From Clostridiales bacterium (lineage in GTDB: Bacteria > Bacillota > Clostridia > Christensenellales > CAG-138), in contig JAILRE010000009.1 in the NCBI GenBank assembly GCA_024698505.1, positions 870 through 64,869 on the forward strand: a DNA stretch of 64,000 nucleotides. Direction: 5' to 3'. Every line of letters begins with the position of its first letter. The stretch's first letter is position 1. A program made the position numbers and the translations under genes. The notes under the pieces are model-generated. The model was not told where the DNA came from. It searched no databases and saw only the letters and a list, made by a program, of their open reading frames with translations. Positions 9,759 through 18,164 of this stretch are shown here, one piece after another.

Positions 9759-9797
9759 AGCCCGCCGCTTCTTTTTGAAGCGAGCGGGCTTTTTCTT
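9759..9797 (+). terminator. Rho-independent terminator after the M15 peptidase gene
   Basis: AGCCCGCCGCTTC / GAAGCGAGCGGGCT stem with one bulge, followed by TTTTTC. Confidence 0.7.
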
Positions 9798-10155
9798 TAT
9801 TGTCAGGAGGCGGGGGCGGCGCGGAGGGGAAGACGCCGGTTTTTCCTTATAAAACCGCGAAAAAATATATCGCCGAAACCGAACGGGAAGGGCTTTTTGC
9901 GATATACGATCCCACAAAAACGGGGGTGAAATATATCGGGTAACGCCCGCGGCGCGTCCGTAATAATATATAAGAGGCTCCGAAACCGCCTGTAAATTGG
10001 TTTAACAATGCCATAAAAACGGCGTAAAAAAGCCGCTTTTGAAAATATATTATAACTTTTGCCGTTTTGCCTATGGACAATATATGGCAAGGTGAGTATA
10101 ATATATCCAACACTCGAAAGGTAACACCTTTCGGAATATATCAGGAGGAAAGAAA

Positions 10156-12564
10156 ATGCACAGTAGTATGAAGAAGATCGTATGTGCCATCGTCGCCGCT
10201 CTGATGATACTGGCAATCCTGCCCGTAGCTTCCATGGCAGCGCAGATCACATCTGCGAGGACCGAATCCCGTATGCTCGCCAAGGCGGCCAACGCCTGGG
10301 CGGAGATCGACGCGGTCGAAAAGGACGTGCTCGCCAAGAGGGCGACGCCCGCCGCAGTCACTATGGCAGCTTTCAACGCCGCTTCCAACAGCAAGCTCGT
10401 TGATAAGGGCAGCATCGTTTGGGAAGGTCCCGAACAGTTCGCCTTCACCGTTAACGGCATGCACTGCGTCTACGTATACCGTGTACGCAACACCACCTAT
10501 CAGCCCGCTGTGACCCAGAAGGTCTTCGATTCCATCGTAAAGGGCACCTGCGGCACCGCCGGCAGCAAGAACGTTCTTCTCGTCGGTCCCTATTACAACT
10601 CCGATTCCAGCTTCACCAACCAGTATAAGAACGAGTCCACCTCCATCGCGAACGCCACCGGCGGCACCTGCACTCAGCTGGTAAACTCCAACGCCACCGG
10701 TCCCAACATCGCTTCCAACTACACCAACAAGGGCGTTGTTATTTATGACTCCCACGGCGCTCAGTCCGGCACCACCTCTTACCTCTGCCTGACCTCCAGC
10801 ACCGGTCTTACCACCACCGACTACAACAAAGGCTGGGCTATCAACGGCGGTTCCTGGTACGGCATCGACGGCCGCTACGTTCAGAACCACGTTTCCGGCA
10901 CCCTCTCCAACTGCATCGTCTGGATGGCTATCTGCGAAGGCATGAAGAAAGAGGGCAAGGGTACCACCGGTACCGCTCTGCTCGCTGCAGGCGCGGCCTG
11001 CGTTTACGGCTATTCCCAGTCCGTCTCCTTCACGGGCGACTATAAGTACGAGGCCAAGTTCTGGACCGAGATGAAGAACGGCGCCACCGTCAAGGATGCT
11101 ATTGCCGCTATGAAGAGCACCTACGGCGTGCCCGATCCCGTTTCCGGCGGTGATGCATACCCCATCGTAATGAGCGCGCTGGATTCCTTCCCCAGCAATC
11201 CTGACGCCAACCAGACCGTTAAGTGCGACTGGACGCTCATCGGCGGCAGCTCAACTCCCGTAACGATCACCTCCGTTTCCGTTGCGAACGTTAACGTCAA
11301 GGTCGGCGGCACCGCGAACGTATCCGTCACGGTCAACCCCTCCAACGCCAACTATACCATCACCTCTTACGCAAGCTCCAACACCTCGGTAGCTACCGTT
11401 TCCTCCTCCGGCGTCGTAACCGGTAAGGCTGCGGGCACCGCTACCCTCACCGTAAAGGTCAAGGACAACAACTCCGGCACCACCTACACCAAGACGGCCA
11501 CCATCACCGTCTCCGAGTTCACCGGCTACACCCTCGTATCCGCTCCCACCGCGGGCGGCCAGTACATCATCGTTTCCGGCGGCTATGCCGTAGGCAACAC
11601 GATCTACTCCAGCAACCACTATCTGACCTCCTACGCGGTCACCGTCAACTCCGACAACACCCTGACGATCCCCTCCTCCGTAACCGTCAACAACATCCTC
11701 TGGACTGCGGGCGGCAACGCGACGAGCGGCTGGACCTTCAAGAATGTCGGCAACAGCAAGTACATGGGTCTTGATTCCTCCCAGTACCTGTATCCGTCTT
11801 CCACCTCCGTCGCATGGCTCTATTCCGGCGGCGACCTCAATAACCAGGTAGACTCCGACGGTTACTACTATCTGTCCCTCGGTTCCAGCAAGGCCTACTT
11901 CACGACCAGCAAGAACACGGGCAACAGCATCCAGTTCTATCAGTACGTATCCGGCGGCACCACGCCGACCGCGGCTCCCACGGCTGCTCCCACCGCGGCT
12001 CCCACGGCTGCTCCCACTGCGGCGCCCACCTCGGCTCCCACCGGCACCTACTATGCGCCGACCACCACGATCACGACCGGCACCGAGTATCTGATCGGCT
12101 ACACCGACGGCACCAACACCTACCTGCTGATGAACTACAACCCCTACACCAGCAACCACTACTACTACAACTCCAGCTCCAACTACTACGGCTATGCGAT
12201 CAGGGCGATCATGAGCGGCAGCAACGTCGTCGGCGTTGACACCACCACGATGACCAGCGCGACCCTCAGCAACGTCACCTGGAAGTTCGTAGCGAACGGC
12301 AGCTACTACAAGATCCAGTCCGGCTACAACAGCAGCTACTATCTCCGCGTATACTCCAGCAAGAGCTACGCCGATATGTATCCCGCTTCCGGCACCAGCT
12401 ACGCCACCAAGTGGCAGTACACCGGCGGCATGCTGAAGTACACCGTATCCTCCAGCGTCATCAAGTACGCCAACTTCTACTCCGGCGCGGCCGATGACTA
12501 CGGCTTCTTCGGAGCCACCACCGGCAGCGGTGTTCAGATCGTCCTCTTCAAGAAGGTCGGCTGA
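10156..12564 (+). CDS. Large secreted surface protein: putative caspase-fold Cys-peptidase-like domain, Big_2 Ig-like domain, two related C-terminal domains joined by a (PTAA)n linker
   Basis: 802 aa with a signal peptide (MKKIVCAIVAALMILAILPVASMAA). Candidate His/Cys pair in VIYDSHGAQ and WMAICEGM. Big_2-like segment VTITSVSVANV..ATLTVKV. PTAAPTAAPTAA repeats. Strong RBS AGGAGGA. Uses the narrow optimal-codon set (ACC, TCC, GGC, AAC, TAC). Confidence 0.7.
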   Translation: MHSSMKKIVCAIVAALMILAILPVASMAAQITSARTESRMLAKAANAWAEIDAVEKDVLAKRATPAAVTMAAFNAASNSKLVDKGSIVWEGPEQFAFTVNGMHCVYVYRVRNTTYQPAVTQKVFDSIVKGTCGTAGSKNVLLVGPYYNSDSSFTNQYKNESTSIANATGGTCTQLVNSNATGPNIASNYTNKGVVIYDSHGAQSGTTSYLCLTSSTGLTTTDYNKGWAINGGSWYGIDGRYVQNHVSGTLSNCIVWMAICEGMKKEGKGTTGTALLAAGAACVYGYSQSVSFTGDYKYEAKFWTEMKNGATVKDAIAAMKSTYGVPDPVSGGDAYPIVMSALDSFPSNPDANQTVKCDWTLIGGSSTPVTITSVSVANVNVKVGGTANVSVTVNPSNANYTITSYASSNTSVATVSSSGVVTGKAAGTATLTVKVKDNNSGTTYTKTATITVSEFTGYTLVSAPTAGGQYIIVSGGYAVGNTIYSSNHYLTSYAVTVNSDNTLTIPSSVTVNNILWTAGGNATSGWTFKNVGNSKYMGLDSSQYLYPSSTSVAWLYSGGDLNNQVDSDGYYYLSLGSSKAYFTTSKNTGNSIQFYQYVSGGTTPTAAPTAAPTAAPTAAPTAAPTSAPTGTYYAPTTTITTGTEYLIGYTDGTNTYLLMNYNPYTSNHYYYNSSSNYYGYAIRAIMSGSNVVGVDTTTMTSATLSNVTWKFVANGSYYKIQSGYNSSYYLRVYSSKSYADMYPASGTSYATKWQYTGGMLKYTVSSSVIKYANFYSGAADDYGFFGATTGSGVQIVLFKKVG
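11965..12042 (+). repeat. In-frame 12-nt tandem repeat (6.5 units) encoding (PTAA)n
   Basis: CCGACCGCGGCT / CCCACGGCTGCT units repeated head to tail. Confidence 0.9.
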
Positions 12565-12581
12565 GAAAAAACCAACCACAG

Positions 12582-12614
12582 GCGGGCGCGCGGATGCGCG
12601 CCCGCTTTCCTTTG
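12582..12614 (+). terminator. Rho-independent terminator
   Basis: Perfect 10-bp stem GCGGGCGCGC-GGAT-GCGCGCCCGC followed by TTTCCTTT. Confidence 0.75.
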
Positions 12615-12711
12615 CTCAAAAATTCACAAAAAAGCCCATAACAGGGCATTGAACCGCATAGAACAGTATGGTAGAATCAGGTATCGGGATCCGCAGAAAG
12701 GAGGATGCGCC

Positions 12712-13920
12712 ATGAAAAGAAAGGTAAAAACCGCAGCGATGCTGCTTCTTGCCGCGCTTGTTTTCTGCCTCGCCGCCTGCGGGGAAAAGAAGCCGAAGGA
12801 TAACTCCGCCAAGTACGGCGCGCCCGTTGAATTCGAAGGCCCCCCGCACGAGGTCTCGGTCATGTTCGTAAACGTCGGCAAGGCGGACTGCGCCGTAGTC
12901 ATGGTAGACGGGCATACCTGGCTCGTCGACACCGGCACGGAGGAGAGCTTCATAAAGACCTTCGCCGCGCTGAAGCTGCTCGGCGCAGAGACGATCGACG
13001 GCGTGATACTCTCGCACGGGCATTCCGATCACTCGGGCGGCCTCGCTCCCATTTCGGAGAGCTTCCCCATAGGCAGGGTATGTTATCCCGGTTATCTTAT
13101 CGACAGGGACAGGATAGCTTCCATGATCGCGGATCTCGGCCTCGTGGGCGCGGCGGTCTCCGTGGGGGACAGGATCGGCGTGACGGAGGGCGTCAGCTTC
13201 CTCGCGCTCGCGCCGTTAACGCTGAACGTGAACGACGACAACGACAATTCCCTCGTGCTCATGCTGGAGGTCAACGGCCGCAGGTGCCTCTTCACGGGCG
13301 ATATGCAGTTTGCTGAGGACGGCGAGCTCGTCGCCTCCGGCGCGGATATCTCCTGCGACGTATTGAAGGTCCCCAATCACGGCAATCCCGACGCGGTCTC
13401 CGAAGCCTTCGCAAACGCCGCGAAGCCCCTTATCTCCGTTACCTCCACCGATACCGGCGTCGACGCGAACTCCGCCAACCGCAGGGTGCTCGCAAAGCTC
13501 GGCATGTCGGATAATTTCATCACCGAGAATTACGGCATGGGCGTGCTCGTGACCGTCTCCCCGCGCGGAGAGATAGCCTTGACCTTCCCCGAACAGCCGG
13601 AGGCGGCGAAGACCGGCCTTTCCGTATCCGAGGCCGACAAGCCCGGTCAGTTCCTCACCATTAAGAACGAAGGCGCGGAGGCTGCCGATATTTCGGGCTG
13701 GTTCGTCTATTCCTCGAAGGGCTTCGAGACCTTCCGATTCCCGAACGGGACGGTCGTCCCCGCGGGCGGAAGCATTACCGTCGCCTGCAAAAACAGCGCG
13801 GCGGCGCAGTACGCAGACCTCATCTGGAACAAGAAGAAGATATTTGCCGACAAGAAGGAGGACAGCGCGGTCCTGTGCGATCCCTTCGGGAACGAGATAT
13901 CGCGCCTGATAAGTCAATAA
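12712..13920 (+). CDS. Lipoprotein with a ComEC-type metallo-beta-lactamase domain and a C-terminal lamin-tail (LTD) domain
   Basis: RBS GAAAGGAGG then ATG at 12712. Lipobox CLAACG. MBL motif SHGHSDHSGG and LKVPNHGN. C-terminal LTIKNEGAEAADISGWFV resembles an LTD. Confidence 0.75.
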   Translation: MKRKVKTAAMLLLAALVFCLAACGEKKPKDNSAKYGAPVEFEGPPHEVSVMFVNVGKADCAVVMVDGHTWLVDTGTEESFIKTFAALKLLGAETIDGVILSHGHSDHSGGLAPISESFPIGRVCYPGYLIDRDRIASMIADLGLVGAAVSVGDRIGVTEGVSFLALAPLTLNVNDDNDNSLVLMLEVNGRRCLFTGDMQFAEDGELVASGADISCDVLKVPNHGNPDAVSEAFANAAKPLISVTSTDTGVDANSANRRVLAKLGMSDNFITENYGMGVLVTVSPRGEIALTFPEQPEAAKTGLSVSEADKPGQFLTIKNEGAEAADISGWFVYSSKGFETFRFPNGTVVPAGGSITVACKNSAAAQYADLIWNKKKIFADKKEDSAVLCDPFGNEISRLISQ

Positions 13921-13929
13921 CGGCTCCCA

Positions 13930-13954
13930 AGCTCCGCCGAGGCGGGGCTTTTTG
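13930..13954 (+). terminator. Rho-independent terminator
   Basis: AGCTCCGCC / GGCGGGGCT stem followed by TTTTT. Confidence 0.6.
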
Positions 13955-13976
13955 ATTGCCCGTGATCCGATTATAT

Positions 13977-14005
13977 TTGACACTTCATCGGCGCGGGCGT
14001 ATAAT
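13977..14005 (+). promoter_or_regulatory. Promoter of feoAB (TTGACA-17-TATAAT)
   Basis: Both hexamers are exact consensus, 34 nt upstream of the ATG. Confidence 0.65.
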
Positions 14006-14038
14006 TATACCGAAAAATACGGATAAGGTGCACAAAAG

Positions 14039-16603
14039 ATGGCGAACGAAAAGAACGACCGCACGCTTGCGGAGCTGGGCATTGGCCAAACGGCCTACTG
14101 CCGCAGGCTCACCGCCGAGGAGCCCGCGCTGAGGCGCAGGCTGTTCGACATGGGCATTACGCCCGGAACGGCGATAACGGTCAAAAAACGCGCCCCGATG
14201 GGCGACCCGCTCGAGCTTTCCATAAGGGGCTACGCGCTCTCCTTAAGGCTCGAGGACGCGAAAAAGATAGAACTCATGACCGATGACGAGGCGGGGGACG
14301 CGCTCCGCGCCAAGGCCGAAGCCATCGCGGATTTCATGCGCACCGGCCGAAGCCTCCTCGAAGCCGAGACCGACACCGACCGCGAGGATAAGAACGTCCA
14401 CGAGCGGGCGGCCAAGCTCACAGAGCTGATGCTCTCCCCGCTGGAGGGCTGCGAGGTCTGCGGCAGGAAGCACAACAAGGGCAAGGGCGGCGAGGCCTGC
14501 CCCAAGGAGCTCTTCCCCGATAAGCCCGTTAAGCTCGCGCTCGCGGGGAACCCCAACTGCGGCAAGACGACGCTCTTCAACGCCATGACGGGCTCAAGGG
14601 AATACGTGGGCAATTTCCCCGGCGTGACCGTTGAAAAGAAGGAGGGCAAGATCAAGACGGACGGCGGCCTCTGCACAATGGGCCACGAAATGACGCTCGT
14701 CGATCTGCCCGGCATATACTCGCTCTCGCCCTACACTATGGAGGAGATCGTCGCAAGGCGGTTCATAGTGGACGAGCAGCCCGACGCGATAATCAACATA
14801 ATCGACGGCACCAATCTCGAGAGGAACCTGTATCTCACGGTCCAGCTCCTCGAGCTGGAGCGCCCCATGATAATCGCCCTCAACATGATGGACGAGGTCG
14901 AGAAGAACGGCGACAGGATCGACTGCAAGCGTCTGTCGTTGGAGCTCGGCATACCCGTGATCCCCATCTCCGCGAGGACGGGGGAGGGCGTGAAGGATCT
15001 CGTATCGCAGGCGCAGAGGCTGATACTCGCCGTGCATACGCAGTTCCACGAGGGCTTCCGCCTCGAGCCCGACCATCTCTACGACGATTTCACTCACGGC
15101 ATACATCATAAGCTGGACGCGGTGATCGACGAATACGCCCGAAAAGCCGGCCTTCCCACGCACTGGGCGGCTATGAAGCTCCTCGAGGGCGACGTTCCCG
15201 TGGAGGAAAGGCTGAAGCTCCCCGAGGATAAGCTCGGCGAAGTCCGCGCAATCGTCAACGAATACGCCACCGCCTCCGCAAGCCCCTACACCGATAACAT
15301 CGCCCTTCTGGCCGACAGCCGCTACCGCTATATCGACGGCGTGGTCGCCGCCTGCTATTTCAAAAAGGACAAGGGCGGCAAGCCCGGCCTCTCCGACAAG
15401 ATCGACCGGGTGCTCACCAATAAATACCTCGCAATACCCATATTCCTCGGCATAATGGCGCTCATATTCGCGCTCACGTTCTCCACGGTCGGCGCGAAGC
15501 TGCAGGAGTTCATGGAGTGGCTGATATTCGATACCGCCGTTCCCGCCGTGTCGAAGGGGCTGGAGGCGGCCTCCGCGCCCGTGTGGTTCGTTTCGCTCGT
15601 CTGCGACGGCATACTGCGCGGCGTGGGCGGAGTGCTCTCGTTCCTTCCGCAGATAGCGGTGCTGTTCCTCTGCCTTTCCCTGCTTGAGGACAGCGGCTAT
15701 ATGAGCCGCATAGCGTTCATGATGGATAAGCCCATGCGAAGGTTCGGCCTTTCAGGCAAGAGCTTCATACCCCTGCTCATGGGCTTCGGCTGCTCCGTTC
15801 CCGCCATAATGGGCACGAGGACCATGGAGAACATGAAGGACAAGCGCAATACCATGCTGCTCATACCCTTCATGAGCTGTTCCGCGAAGCTCCCCGTATA
15901 CGGGCTGATAGCGGGCGCGTTCTTCGGAGGCAAGGCCGCGCTCGTGATAATCGGGCTCTATATCATCGGAATAATACTCGGCATAGTCTCGGGGCTCCTT
16001 TTCAAAAAGACGCTCTTCCGCGGGAACGACGCCGCGTTCATGATAGAGCTTCCCCCGTACAGGCTGCCGAAATTCAAGGATACGATGCTCCACGTTTGGG
16101 AAAGGGTAAAGCACTTCCTCCTGAAAGCGGGCACGCTGATATTCGCAATGAGCGTCGTCATCTGGTTCCTGATGCGCTTTGATTTCAGGTTCCGCCTGCT
16201 TTCCGAGGAGGAGATAGGCTCCTCGATAATCGGCACGATAGGCGGCTTCATAGCGCCCGTATTCAAGCCGATGGGCTTCGGCACTTGGATGGCTGCCGTC
16301 GCTCTTCTGACGGGCTTCGTAGCCAAGGAGAGCGTGGTTTCGACGCTCTCGATACTCTACGGCTTCGCAATGGGCTCGGGCTCCGCCGCGTTCCAAGCCA
16401 TGACCGCGGGCGGCTTCACCGCAAGGGCCGCGCTCGCGTTCCTCGTTTTCGTACTGCTCTACGTGCCCTGCGTCGGCGCGACGGCCACCCTTTCGAGGGA
16501 GATCGGCAGCCGCAAATGGACGGCGTTCTCGATAGCTTATCAGATAGCGATCGCCTACGCCGCTTCGCTCGCGGCGTATCTGATCGCCGGGCTGTTCATG
16601 TAA
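14039..16603 (+). CDS. feoB: Ferrous iron transporter, FeoA-FeoB fusion
   Basis: 854 aa. N-terminal FeoA-like SH3 segment (RRLFDMGITPGTAITVKKRAPMGDPLEL), about a 110-aa linker, G-domain GNPNCGKTTLFNAMTG, then a polytopic membrane domain. Confidence 0.9.
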   Translation: MANEKNDRTLAELGIGQTAYCRRLTAEEPALRRRLFDMGITPGTAITVKKRAPMGDPLELSIRGYALSLRLEDAKKIELMTDDEAGDALRAKAEAIADFMRTGRSLLEAETDTDREDKNVHERAAKLTELMLSPLEGCEVCGRKHNKGKGGEACPKELFPDKPVKLALAGNPNCGKTTLFNAMTGSREYVGNFPGVTVEKKEGKIKTDGGLCTMGHEMTLVDLPGIYSLSPYTMEEIVARRFIVDEQPDAIINIIDGTNLERNLYLTVQLLELERPMIIALNMMDEVEKNGDRIDCKRLSLELGIPVIPISARTGEGVKDLVSQAQRLILAVHTQFHEGFRLEPDHLYDDFTHGIHHKLDAVIDEYARKAGLPTHWAAMKLLEGDVPVEERLKLPEDKLGEVRAIVNEYATASASPYTDNIALLADSRYRYIDGVVAACYFKKDKGGKPGLSDKIDRVLTNKYLAIPIFLGIMALIFALTFSTVGAKLQEFMEWLIFDTAVPAVSKGLEAASAPVWFVSLVCDGILRGVGGVLSFLPQIAVLFLCLSLLEDSGYMSRIAFMMDKPMRRFGLSGKSFIPLLMGFGCSVPAIMGTRTMENMKDKRNTMLLIPFMSCSAKLPVYGLIAGAFFGGKAALVIIGLYIIGIILGIVSGLLFKKTLFRGNDAAFMIELPPYRLPKFKDTMLHVWERVKHFLLKAGTLIFAMSVVIWFLMRFDFRFRLLSEEEIGSSIIGTIGGFIAPVFKPMGFGTWMAAVALLTGFVAKESVVSTLSILYGFAMGSGSAAFQAMTAGGFTARAALAFLVFVLLYVPCVGATATLSREIGSRKWTAFSIAYQIAIAYAASLAAYLIAGLFM

Positions 16604-16645
16604 GGCCAGGAAAAACAGGCATACCGCACGATAAAAAAACGAATA

Positions 16646-16680
16646 ACCGCCGCTCGTATCGATCGAGCGGCGGTTTCATA
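16646..16680 (+). terminator. Rho-independent terminator after feoB
   Basis: ACCGCCGCTCG / CGAGCGGCGGT 11-bp stem followed by TTTCATATT. Confidence 0.65.
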
Positions 16681-16732
16681 TTCTCACGCCTTTCGGAATA
16701 CACATCAAAAAAACGTGAAAGGCGAATAAAAC

Positions 16733-18007
16733 ATGGAAACACTTCGATACGGCGGCAGGGGGAACCAAGTACTGCTCCTGCAGCTCGCGCTTAAAAGGGC
16801 GGGCTTTTATCACGAGACTCCCGACGGAGTTTTCGGCACGAAAACGCTCAACATGCTCAAACGCTTCCAAAGGGCGTCGGGACTCTCCCCGGACGGAATT
16901 GCGGGGAACAGGACATGGGCCGCGGCGGAGCCATATATTTACGGATACGTCGGCGCGAAGCTCCGCCAGGGGGATACCTTCTACCGCCTCGCCAAACGAT
17001 ACGGGACGGACGCAGACGCTATCGCCGCGGCGAATCCGTCGCTCGATCCCGCGGATCTGAGGCTCGGCGCAAACGCAGTCGTCCCGCTGGGGTTCCCCGT
17101 GACTGCGACGGACGTGCCGTGGTCTTCCCTCCTTGCAAAGATAACGGCGGAGGGCCTTATGAAAAGGTACCCCTTCATATCCACGGAGCTCATGGGCTAT
17201 TCCGTTCTCGGCAGGGAGCTCTTCGCTCTTAAAATGGGGAAGGGCAAACGGGAGGTCTTCATTAACGCCGCGCATCACGCGAACGAGTGGATAACCGCCC
17301 CGCTCGTGTTCGATTTCCTCGAGACCTGCGCCGAAGCCTACGCCTCGGGCGGGGAGGTGGAGGGCAGGAGCGCGGCCTCGCTCTTTTCGGAAACGAAGCT
17401 CTTTATCACGCCGATGGTCGATCCCGACGGCGTGGATCTTGTTAACGGAGCCGCCCCGCGGGAGGGGTACGAGAGGGCGCGCGCCATAGCGGAGGATTAC
17501 CCCGATATCCCGTTCCCTTCGGGCTGGAAGGCGAATATCGAAGGCACGGACCTAAACCTCAACTATCCCGCCGAATGGGATACGGCAAGGGACAATAAGT
17601 ACCGAATGGGTTACGTCAAGCCAGCTCCGAGGGACTTCGTGGGCGGATATCCCCTCTCCGCGCCCGAATCCGCCGCGGTGTACGGCTTCACCAAGAGGCA
17701 CGATTTCGCGCTGACCGTCTCATATCACACGCAGGGCGGCGAGATCTACTGGCAGTTCGCCGGCATAGAGCCCGAGGGCGGGGAAGCGCTCGCAAGGAAA
17801 ATGGCGGAGGTCTCCGGCTACAAGGCGGCGGAGGCGCCGTATGAGTCCGGCTTCGCGGGGTATAAGGACTGGTTCATACTGGAATACCGCCGCCCGGGCT
17901 TTACCGTGGAGGCGGGGCGGGGGAGCAATCCGCTGCCGCTTTCGCAGTACGGGAGCATAAGAAGGGAGAACTTCCCCATAATGGCCGCCGCGCTTGCGGG
18001 GGAATGA
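16733..18007 (+). CDS. Peptidoglycan-binding / LysM / M14 carboxypeptidase (gamma-D-glutamyl-diamino-acid peptidase-like)
   Basis: PG_binding_1-like N-terminus (GNQVLLLQLALKRAGFY), LysM-like LRQGDTFYRLAKRYGTDADAIAAANP, and M14 zinc motif AAHHANEWIT. Confidence 0.8.
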   Translation: METLRYGGRGNQVLLLQLALKRAGFYHETPDGVFGTKTLNMLKRFQRASGLSPDGIAGNRTWAAAEPYIYGYVGAKLRQGDTFYRLAKRYGTDADAIAAANPSLDPADLRLGANAVVPLGFPVTATDVPWSSLLAKITAEGLMKRYPFISTELMGYSVLGRELFALKMGKGKREVFINAAHHANEWITAPLVFDFLETCAEAYASGGEVEGRSAASLFSETKLFITPMVDPDGVDLVNGAAPREGYERARAIAEDYPDIPFPSGWKANIEGTDLNLNYPAEWDTARDNKYRMGYVKPAPRDFVGGYPLSAPESAAVYGFTKRHDFALTVSYHTQGGEIYWQFAGIEPEGGEALARKMAEVSGYKAAEAPYESGFAGYKDWFILEYRRPGFTVEAGRGSNPLPLSQYGSIRRENFPIMAAALAGE

Positions 18008-18164
18008 ATCCGAAGCTCTGCCGAGGCAGAGCTTTTTTACAAAATATAAATGCTCAAATTCCCTTTTTCCGGTTGAAATATATCGAATTATATTGTATCA
18101 TTCAAGTGTATGGGCATTGAAGAACTTCATGCCGATCCATTATGAAAAACAGAAGGAGAGCACC

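Noticed and set aside
11251-12579. 442-aa minus-strand ORF and similar long antisense ORFs (28858-30078, 30667-31959, 31781-33019, 36225-37526, 39242-40534, 48950-50080, 52059-53186, 56944-58515, 60884-61861)
   Set aside because: Each lies opposite a well-supported gene. Each has Gly/Arg/Val/Ala-rich low-complexity translations and lacks SD/start context. This is the expected consequence of high GC3 on the coding strand.
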